Below, piece after piece: positions 35,815 to 42,395 of a DNA stretch of 64,000 bases. The notes beneath the pieces were generated by a model, which worked only from the letters and a program-made list of their open reading frames with translations, did not search any database and was not told the origin of the DNA. Source of the DNA: a virus. Positions within the stretch are counted from its first letter, which is position 1, and each line of letters begins with the position of its first letter. The position numbers and the translations under genes were made by a program. Location of the stretch: the IMG/VR virus record IMGVR_UViG_3300034417_000014, positions 1 through 64,000 of that record; one strand, 5' to 3'.

Positions 35815-36360
35815 TCTACAGAAACGTTCTAGCCTCCAAGACCAACCTACAGAAAAAACCTAACCTCCAAGACCAACCTACAGAAATAGGTTGACGAACC
35901 ACTTTAGTTCCAGTAGAATGTTTATACAGTAAAGCAAGCGGAGTAAGGCAAATGGCTAAGTTCAAAGTAGGCGACACAGCATACTTGGGCGCAGGCGGCA
36001 TTTTAGCTAGAGTGACAGACATACAGGAAGGTTGGTATAGTATGGTCGCAATGGAAGATGGCCTACGACGGAAGAAGGGAGACGCCTTCCGCTGGGAGAT
36101 AGTATTGGAAGGCATGATGGTTGCTGAAGATAGATTGCCTAACCAACCTACAGAAATAGTCTACAGGAATAACCTGACCAAGTCAACCAACCTACAGAAA
36201 TAGATTGGAGGTGGAAGATTGTCTGCACAGATTGGTTGGCGAGGTTGAAATGTGTACACAGATTGGTTGACGACGGAAGAAAGAGCGTGTATATTGATTG
36301 GAGGTGGCAGATGACCTGCACAGATATTCTAACCTCCATGCCCGACCTGCAGAAATAGAT
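35815..36360. repeat. CCAACCTACAGAAA / AACCTCCAA / GATTGGAGGT repeat block
   Basis: CCTCCAAGACCAACCTACAGAAA twice (about 35833-35886); further copies 36143-36360 in both orientations. Confidence 0.8.
35952..36203 (+). CDS. Hypothetical early protein (3' end runs into the repeats)
   Basis: Promoter at 35891, GGAG RBS. Confidence 0.6.
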   Translation: MAKFKVGDTAYLGAGGILARVTDIQEGWYSMVAMEDGLRRKKGDAFRWEIVLEGMMVAEDRLPNQPTEIVYRNNLTKSTNLQK

Positions 36361-36553
36361 TGACTAACCTAGGAACCTTATGCTCTTTGTTTGTGCATTT
36401 CCTTTAGCTGCCTAGCTCTACCTACGCTTGCAGCATTTTAACATCTTTCCTGCGTCCCTGCAACCAACTCCATCAACACCAACTCCATCAACACCATCAA
36501 CACCAGTCTTCTTCAACCACCAGCTCTAAGAGGGCCACCAACTAGAGCTAGTT

Positions 36554-36597
36554 AAAAACTGTTACGCTACTATAACAGCAGCGTAACAGTATTGCAA
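36554..36597 (-). terminator. Terminator hairpin with an embedded leftward promoter
   Basis: Minus strand ACTGTTACGCT...AGCGTAACAGT-TTTT overlapping TTGCAA-17-TATAGT. Confidence 0.6.
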
Positions 36598-36604
36598 GCG
36601 TTAT

Positions 36605-36931
36605 TTAAAAGTTATTTAAAGTAGGTTTGCATTGCAAGTGCGCAAACTGTACAAAATGTGCTGCATACAGCTCTTTTTGGTCGGCTTCGTCGTGGTGGAC
36701 GATTGGGCTAAGCACACTACAAACACTAAACACAGTTTCAAACAGTAGGTCATATTGGTCGCTGGGTAGTTGGTCTATGTACGCTGCAAGTCCCTGGTCG
36801 TAGTGCTGCAAGTATTCTACTAGGGAGCGATCGCAAGCCCACCCGTTAGTAACGACGCTATCCCCTGCTTGCTCCGACATGTTGACAAAGTATACGCTAC
36901 GTGCTATTGCTACGTTTAACAATGCGTCCAT
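36605..36931 (-). CDS. Acidic hypothetical protein, the only well-supported leftward gene in the early region
   Basis: Divergent promoter TTGCAT-16-TATAAT (37012-37039), AAGG RBS, terminator downstream. Confidence 0.7.
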   Translation of the reverse strand: MDALLNVAIARSVYFVNMSEQAGDSVVTNGWACDRSLVEYLQHYDQGLAAYIDQLPSDQYDLLFETVFSVCSVLSPIVHHDEADQKELYAAHFVQFAHLQCKPTLNNF

Positions 36932-37187
36932 TTTTTTGGCCTTTTTTAAAGTAAAATTAAACAACTTTGTTATACAAAACAGCTAGTTGCTTACTGCTTT
37001 GTATGTTGTTTATTATACAGTAATGCAAAAACAATGCAAGCGTTTTTTTGCATTTTTTTGCATTTATTTTCACTTTTCTAGGGAGGCACGCATAAAAAAT
37101 AAAGCAAAATAAAGTAAAATAAAACTTGCAATAAAGTGTAAACGCGCATATAATGTTTACACACAAACAGCAAAGCAGGGCCACAAA

Positions 37188-37358
37188 ATGCAAAACACAA
37201 ATACGCTTAACATACAAGATTTCCAAATCGACCATTCTAAAGTCGCCTGCGCGCATAAGCAAGTAACAAAGCAAAAAAGCATTTTGCGCAAAATTATTGC
37301 TACGCACTATGCACACATTGCACCTCAATGTCAAGCGTATTTAAAAACAATACGTTAA
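37188..37358 (+). CDS. 56-aa protein (not in track), paralogue of 29345..29509
   Basis: MQNTNTLNIQDFQID...YAHIAPQC; promoter TTGCAA-17-TATAAT at 37126. Confidence 0.7.
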   Translation: MQNTNTLNIQDFQIDHSKVACAHKQVTKQKSILRKIIATHYAHIAPQCQAYLKTIR

Positions 37359-37451
37359 AAAATAAAACGCAAGTAGCGTAAAAAACTACTTGCGTTTACA
37401 CTTTAGTCCCAGTATAATGCTTACACACAAACAGCAAAGCAGGGCCACAAA

Positions 37452-38015
37452 ATGCAAAACGCACAACAAGTAGCAAACATTGTAGCAGCTCTTTTAAACA
37501 ACGTGTCAACTACTTTTGCGCAAGTTAGCTATAGCACAAAAGTTGCTACAGCAGCAGCGCACAAAGCTGTAAACATACAAAAACACGTTGTCGCTAACGT
37601 GCAATTGTTTAGCAATATCAAAGCTGCAACAAGCGTTTTTACTAATGCTGTTAAAAAAAGCGCAAGCGCAATTGCAAGCAATAATGCAGAGGACGTAGCA
37701 CAATTTACTGCGCAAAGCAACTACTTTACACACACAAATTGCTATAGCATTGTACAGCATAAAACAAACAACAACTTATACTTATATTGCATATACAACA
37801 ATGTGCAAAGTAGCGTATACACTATTAATAACGTAATTGCAACCAAACAGCAAGTTGCGCAATATTTAACAGCAAGTGCAGCAAAAGCTATGCTAGAGCC
37901 TAGCACAACTGTACACAACAAAGCAAGCAATATAACGCATAACGTAACAGTGCGTACTATTGCACTAAGCAACATTACTAGCATAACTGCAAACAAAGCG
38001 CAAGTTAATTTTTAA
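37452..38015 (+). CDS. 187-aa protein with extreme composition (no Gly or Trp, 1 Asp, 2 Glu, 1 Pro, 1 Arg)
   Basis: Promoter TTGCGT-17-TATAAT at 37390 with the same leader as 37188. Confidence 0.8.
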   Translation: MQNAQQVANIVAALLNNVSTTFAQVSYSTKVATAAAHKAVNIQKHVVANVQLFSNIKAATSVFTNAVKKSASAIASNNAEDVAQFTAQSNYFTHTNCYSIVQHKTNNNLYLYCIYNNVQSSVYTINNVIATKQQVAQYLTASAAKAMLEPSTTVHNKASNITHNVTVRTIALSNITSITANKAQVNF

Positions 38016-38136
38016 CTGTACAAGTGTACAGCACTGTGTATACATACAGTGCTGTGCATGTATACAGTAGTGTATGCCTATACAGTGTACGCCCATACAG
38101 CACTGTACATGTATACAGCACTGTACATGTATACAG
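38016..38136. promoter_or_regulatory. Tandem array of seven LexA (SOS) boxes
   Basis: Perfect CTGT-N8-ACAG at 38016, 38034, 38052, 38103, 38121; GTGT variants at 38070 and 38085; mostly 18-bp period. Confidence 0.8.
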
Positions 38137-38360
38137 TAGTAGCACGTAGCACACAGGAGAGGAGCTGTCAACCAGGACCTATGCGTAGCACACCAAAAAC
38201 AGAAACGCAAGCAAAAAATTAAATTTAATTTGCTTGCAAAGTGGAAAAAAAGGCATTATAATATTTTTATACTAAAGTGGAGATACGGTGAGACCTGGCT
38301 AGAATCCAAAAATGGTGGAATGGCTGGGGGGTAGGCTTGCTGCGCCACTGAAAAACCGTT

Positions 38361-38402
38361 TCCTAATCCTATAGGGCCCAATCCTAATCCTAATCCTATA
38401 GG
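38361..38402. repeat. (AATCCT)n repeats with two CCTATAGG palindromes
   Basis: TCCTAATCCTATAGGGCCCAATCCTAATCCTAATCCTATAGG. Confidence 0.7.
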
Positions 38403-38480
38403 CTACCCTTATAGCATAGCCCTGTGTCAACATTAGACTCACTGTTCTTGGTACACTGCGAAAATTTTTTACTAATTTTT

Positions 38481-38837
38481 ATGGAAACCGTGTATATGCC
38501 TCCTAACGTTAGAATGATCACATTTTATGACAAGTACTCTGAACAACTATCAGCCAAACGTCAAGAGGCTAGAAAACTGTTCCCGCTACTGTTATCCTTA
38601 CATCATATAGCATGGGCGGACCGTCCCCAGTTTCATGAACGTTTCCGGACGCACTACAGGGAAGCGGTTATTAACATTCCGGAAACTTCTGACAACGCTC
38701 CGTTTATACGCTGCAACTCAAAAGAAATTGCCTTTTTACTGTATATGCAGTTTGGCGTAGCATTGTGGGAAGACAGTTCCTTAAACGACACGTATACGTC
38801 AGACCCCAATAATTATCAGGATGGGTCCAAGCTGTGA
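38481..38837 (+). CDS. Hypothetical protein, LK(Y/F)G-like family
   Basis: KEIAFLLYMQFG; start uncertain. Confidence 0.65.
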   Translation: METVYMPPNVRMITFYDKYSEQLSAKRQEARKLFPLLLSLHHIAWADRPQFHERFRTHYREAVINIPETSDNAPFIRCNSKEIAFLLYMQFGVALWEDSSLNDTYTSDPNNYQDGSKL

Positions 38838-39130
38838 AAAATTCCGCGCCACAAACCAGTGTCTATTATTATGTCACTCTCGATGGCTTAAACGACAAAG
38901 TGTTAAGAGAATTCAAGAGTTACTTTTTGGGCGTGTCTCCAATAGCGGCAGCACTAACTGTAAACTGGCAATGGCATTCTCAAGTTGAGGATGAAAATAG
39001 ATATGTGCGTTATGGGAGAATTACTGTCACTGAATCTGACCGCATGTTCTTAAATTTGAAGCACGGTCTTAATGACCCTGACTTTACTAAAAAATGTGCG
39101 GGCTTACTTTACGAACGGGTGTGGTTATGA
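38834..39130 (+). CDS. Paralogue family B (RY.R....E.D.M.L.LK)
   Basis: RYVRYGRITVTESDRMFLNLKHG. Confidence 0.75.
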   Translation: MKNSAPQTSVYYYVTLDGLNDKVLREFKSYFLGVSPIAAALTVNWQWHSQVEDENRYVRYGRITVTESDRMFLNLKHGLNDPDFTKKCAGLLYERVWL

Positions 39131-39402
39131 AATATTTCTTTCTTAGGGCTTCTGCTAACTCCAGTAACGATTCTGAAGTGTTGCATTTTATTGAATCTGA
39201 TATTTCTGGAATTACTCCAATCCATATAGAAATATCTGAAGATAGATTCCTATCTTGGACAGAAGGATCTAATACTAGATATATTCGGTATGTTAGACTT
39301 ACCTTAACTGACACCGACTTTATGTATATGTCTTTAAAAGTTGCGCAACCCGCTACTTCCCGGATTGTTTCCGGATTGCATTTTAGACCCGTAAGGAAAT
39401 AA
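39127..39402 (+). CDS. Paralogue family B
   Basis: RYIRYVRLTLTDTDFMYMSLK. Confidence 0.75.
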   Translation: MKYFFLRASANSSNDSEVLHFIESDISGITPIHIEISEDRFLSWTEGSNTRYIRYVRLTLTDTDFMYMSLKVAQPATSRIVSGLHFRPVRK

Positions 39403-39403
39403 A

Positions 39404-39688
39404 ATGGCCCACGAATATTATGTCCGCTCTTATGTGGCTGATCCCGATAATTTAGGAGAAGTGTTTTCCTATAAATTTGTGCAGGAAGTTATTGTGGGCA
39501 TTGCTCCCCTAAAGATAGAACTGTCTAAGCCCAGGATGTTAACTGCCCACGGCACCTCCAATACTAGAAAATATGTTCGGTATGTTAAACTTACCTTAAC
39601 TAACGAAGACTTTATGTTGCTCAAACTTAAAGGTAAGGAATCCGCAGATGATTTAATAATATTGGATATGGACTATTATGAAATTTGA
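39404..39688 (+). CDS. Paralogue family B
   Basis: KYVRYVKLTLTNEDFMLLKLKG. Confidence 0.75.
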   Translation: MAHEYYVRSYVADPDNLGEVFSYKFVQEVIVGIAPLKIELSKPRMLTAHGTSNTRKYVRYVKLTLTNEDFMLLKLKGKESADDLIILDMDYYEI

Positions 39689-39980
39689 ATCCCAATATTA
39701 TTATATCCGCATACCATCTCGCATTGCTGAAATTGCTCCAGTTGCAGCAGTTGCGTTTAAAAAATTTAGTTCCGCCAGATGTGAGATATCCAACGAGTTT
39801 TTCCTAGCAATCCGTGATTCCTCTAGTGATGCGGCGTTTGTTAGATATGCCCGCATACTAGTTTCTCCCCAAGAATATATGCTGTTGACTTTGAAGAATG
39901 GCATCTGTTATAGTATAGAAAAGCCTAATAGCAATTGTGCTGGAATAGAGTATAATGATTATTGTATAGGGGAACTATAA
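39678..39980 (+). CDS. Paralogue family B
   Basis: FVRYARILVSPQEYMLLTLKNG. Confidence 0.75.
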   Translation: MKFESQYYYIRIPSRIAEIAPVAAVAFKKFSSARCEISNEFFLAIRDSSSDAAFVRYARILVSPQEYMLLTLKNGICYSIEKPNSNCAGIEYNDYCIGEL

Positions 39981-40295
39981 ATGGATAAGCCAGATCTGAA
40001 AACTTTCTGCTTTAGGGTAGTGCAAGCAGTTACTCCAGATCGAGCATATCTAGGCAAAGTAGATTGGGTGCCCAAAATTAAAGAAGTATTGGGCGAAGTA
40101 GTTCCACTCCAATGTGAGATATCTGAAAAGGAATATAATGTCCTGAACCAAGATTGGTCTGCGGGCTTTGCCAGATATGTTAGGTTGGTTGTTTCCGAAA
40201 CTGATTATATGTTTCTAGTGCTCAAATATACTGACGAATATTCCAAAACTCCTTTTTATAATGAAGGTATTAGATACCAGAAAGTCGATTTATGA
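39981..40295 (+). CDS. Paralogue family B
   Basis: FARYVRLVVSETDYMFLVLKY. Confidence 0.75.
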   Translation: MDKPDLKTFCFRVVQAVTPDRAYLGKVDWVPKIKEVLGEVVPLQCEISEKEYNVLNQDWSAGFARYVRLVVSETDYMFLVLKYTDEYSKTPFYNEGIRYQKVDL

Positions 40296-40594
40296 AATAT
40301 TACTATTGCTGTGCTTGGACTGATGTTAGTCCGGATGTCGACTTCCATGCCTATGAAAATGTTGTTAATGTATTTATTGACTGCTTTATAGGAGACAATA
40401 TTAAGCCAATAGCAGTGCAAGTTTCTGCAAAGACTTTTCCGGAAATTGGCCGAGATTATAGATTTGCATCTTATATTAAATTTACCTTGACAGACGAAGA
40501 TTATATGTATGTTAAGTTAAAGAAAGGTGACCCATATGAATCGGCAACTGCTGTCCACAGTATGGATTTTATTGACATAGAGATTCTAGAATGA
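40292..40594 (+). CDS. Paralogue family B
   Basis: FASYIKFTLTDEDYMYVKLKKG. Confidence 0.75.
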   Translation: MKYYYCCAWTDVSPDVDFHAYENVVNVFIDCFIGDNIKPIAVQVSAKTFPEIGRDYRFASYIKFTLTDEDYMYVKLKKGDPYESATAVHSMDFIDIEILE

Positions 40595-40863
40595 AAGAAT
40601 ATTATTGCCGCATCTCGATACCTGAGCTTAATCCGACTGTGGCCGAAGTTAAAGCCAAAGTCGAAGAAATTATTGGTCAGATAGAACCAATAACTATCCA
40701 GTTGTCCGTGGAGTATTTTTCCGAATGGGATGACCATGCGTATGCAATGTATATTAGGTTACTGTTGCAAGATATAGATTATATGCAACTCAAACTTAAA
40801 CGGGAAGATACTATTAAGTTTGCGCATTCTATTAAAACTTTGCAATACCGGAATTTAGAATGA
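40591..40863 (+). CDS. Paralogue family B
   Basis: YAMYIRLLLQDIDYMQLKLK. Confidence 0.75.
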   Translation: MKEYYCRISIPELNPTVAEVKAKVEEIIGQIEPITIQLSVEYFSEWDDHAYAMYIRLLLQDIDYMQLKLKREDTIKFAHSIKTLQYRNLE

Positions 40864-41153
40864 CTATTGAATATATTAAGCCATTCCCAGGGCCTAGTCT
40901 AGATAAAGTAAGTTGCCAAATGCTTGACTTTTTTGAAGGCATTGCTTATAAAGAATTGTGGATATCTTATGCTTACCTAGACAACGACTTTAGGCCGTAT
41001 TATTTTGCAACTGTTGTCCTCCAAGATGAAACTGATCTGTGCCTGTGCTTAATGAAGTTTGGCAAGGGAGAAAGCAATATGCAGTATACTGAGTTAAAGA
41101 TAAGTAGAATTGACGAGGCGTGGCTAAAAGAGTACCCGTATGAACGAACCTAA
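40860..41153 (+). CDS. LK(Y/F)G family
   Basis: DETDLCLCLMKFG. Confidence 0.7.
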   Translation: MTIEYIKPFPGPSLDKVSCQMLDFFEGIAYKELWISYAYLDNDFRPYYFATVVLQDETDLCLCLMKFGKGESNMQYTELKISRIDEAWLKEYPYERT

Positions 41154-41412
41154 ATTATATGCAGTGTATGTGTCTAAGGATGATGAAGCATCTTTCCAGA
41201 TATTTTGTCGCGACAATATTAAATGGCGTACTGTCCATTCGACTACTATAAATCCCCAAATGAAAGCTAGGAAGTATATTATAGAATATACCGATGCAGA
41301 AGATGCCTTCCTATTAAATTTAAGATATGGGAAGTCCCGTGTTATTAATGGGGAATTGTTAGATATGCTCAAGAGAAATTATTTCTCTAAAATTGTGTGT
41401 ACTCGAGACTAA
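41140..41412 (+). CDS. LK(Y/F)G family
   Basis: EDAFLLNLRYG. Confidence 0.7.
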   Translation: MNEPKLYAVYVSKDDEASFQIFCRDNIKWRTVHSTTINPQMKARKYIIEYTDAEDAFLLNLRYGKSRVINGELLDMLKRNYFSKIVCTRD

Positions 41413-41416
41413 ACTT

Positions 41417-41608
41417 ATGTCTAAAGCTAAAAGGAGATTTGAGATACCTACTGTGAAAGAAGAAGAGTTCTCAGAGTATCTCGAGTTGATTTTGCCCAAA
41501 GCCAAAGTATATAGATTCTGGGATCCAGGTAAAGATAATATTATGTACTATGTCTCAGACGATGACGAGATGGGTTTACTTGCCCTAAGATTAAAATATG
41601 ACAAATAA
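41417..41608 (+). CDS. LK(Y/F)G family
   Basis: GLLALRLKYD. Confidence 0.7.
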   Translation: MSKAKRRFEIPTVKEEEFSEYLELILPKAKVYRFWDPGKDNIMYYVSDDDEMGLLALRLKYDK

Positions 41609-41837
41609 TATTATTATGAATTCTTGGAAGCACCGAATGCAGTTTGTGTTTCCGTTTGGATCTAGTCAGGGTCAGGGCGATGCCATTGCCTTTAACGAGT
41701 ATGTAAAAGCTACTTTTCCCAAAGCTAAAATTTATTACGACGGCATTTTTGAATTTACTGTTGTCATGGATAATGACCATGACGCACTTGTACTAGGTAT
41801 AAAATATGGACACAGAAAAAAGACTCAGAATTATTAA
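41598..41837 (+). CDS. LK(Y/F)G family
   Basis: DALVLGIKYG. Confidence 0.7.
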   Translation: MTNNIIMNSWKHRMQFVFPFGSSQGQGDAIAFNEYVKATFPKAKIYYDGIFEFTVVMDNDHDALVLGIKYGHRKKTQNY

Positions 41838-42078
41838 AGTTGAAACCAGGAATGAGTATTGGTCTGCGACTGGGTTTCTCCAATCCCTAATAGGGGATGC
41901 TGACTATAACTTTGTATTCTCAGACCACTATGAAAGAGAATGCCAAAAAGAGTCGTATTATATGGTTTCTGGATATCCGCATTCCGACGGCGCTTTAATT
42001 ATAGTGCAGTCTTCTGACGATGATATTATGGAGCAAATTGACGAAAGGTTTGATCCTAAACTTCCCAGGTTTCTTTAA
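41806..42078 (+). CDS. Hypothetical protein (paralogue of the next gene)
   Basis: LRIIKVETRNEYW versus IRIIRADGNAEFW. Confidence 0.65.
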   Translation: MDTEKRLRIIKVETRNEYWSATGFLQSLIGDADYNFVFSDHYERECQKESYYMVSGYPHSDGALIIVQSSDDDIMEQIDERFDPKLPRFL

Positions 42079-42344
42079 TGAGTATTATAGGTATGTCCCC
42101 AAAGAAAGAAGAAATTAGAATTATTAGAGCAGATGGCAATGCTGAGTTCTGGCAGATTATTGGGAAAGTGCAAAAGATTATCGGTAGTTATCCATGGAAG
42201 GAAGCTATGTATTGCATAACTAAATCCCCAGCAGGCCAGACTGAGCTAGGATTGATTATGGTTATCTCATCTAATAAGAATGTTATATTGGCTGTTGATC
42301 TCCAATTTAATAGAATAATATGCCCAAGTAATGAGCTATATTGA
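42078..42344 (+). CDS. Hypothetical protein
   Basis: TAATG-coupled. Confidence 0.65.
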   Translation: MSIIGMSPKKEEIRIIRADGNAEFWQIIGKVQKIIGSYPWKEAMYCITKSPAGQTELGLIMVISSNKNVILAVDLQFNRIICPSNELY

Positions 42345-42395
42345 AAACCGCTGGGGCGCGCTGAAAGAGAGGTGGTTCCGGCCCACCCCTTTTTC

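Larger units (their letters stand above)
6655..38262 (+). promoter_or_regulatory. About 60 repeated sigma70 promoter/leader/RBS cassettes (host-takeover/early region)
   Basis: TTGAC(A/T), TAGACA or TTGCxx - 17 bp - TATAAT/TATACT, many followed by GTTTACA(C/T)ACTAAA..AACGGAG; -35 at e.g. 7911, 10751, 12450, 16199, 17975, 18937, 23881, 24858, 27415, 28250, 29539, 30258, 31270, 32371, 32611, 34536, 35122, 37126, 37390. Confidence 0.92.

Noticed and set aside
28802-36524. Chi sites GCTGGTGG (minus strand 28802 and 36517; plus strand 30423)
   Set aside because: Too few, in mixed orientation, to separate from chance; host Chi sequence unknown.
37965-38210. Minus-strand Cys/His-rich ORF (CCIHVQ repeats)
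   Set aside because: An artefact of translating the 18-bp SOS-box array.
6655-38262. CRISPR array or integron interpretation of the repeated cassettes
   Set aside because: The repeats are promoters separated by whole genes of variable length; there are no cas genes, no integrase and no attC-type GTTRRRY/RYYYAAC pairs.
1-42344. Stop-codon reassignment explaining the many short ORFs
   Set aside because: The short genes have their own RBS/promoters and coupled start-stop overlaps, and long structural genes are intact in the standard code.
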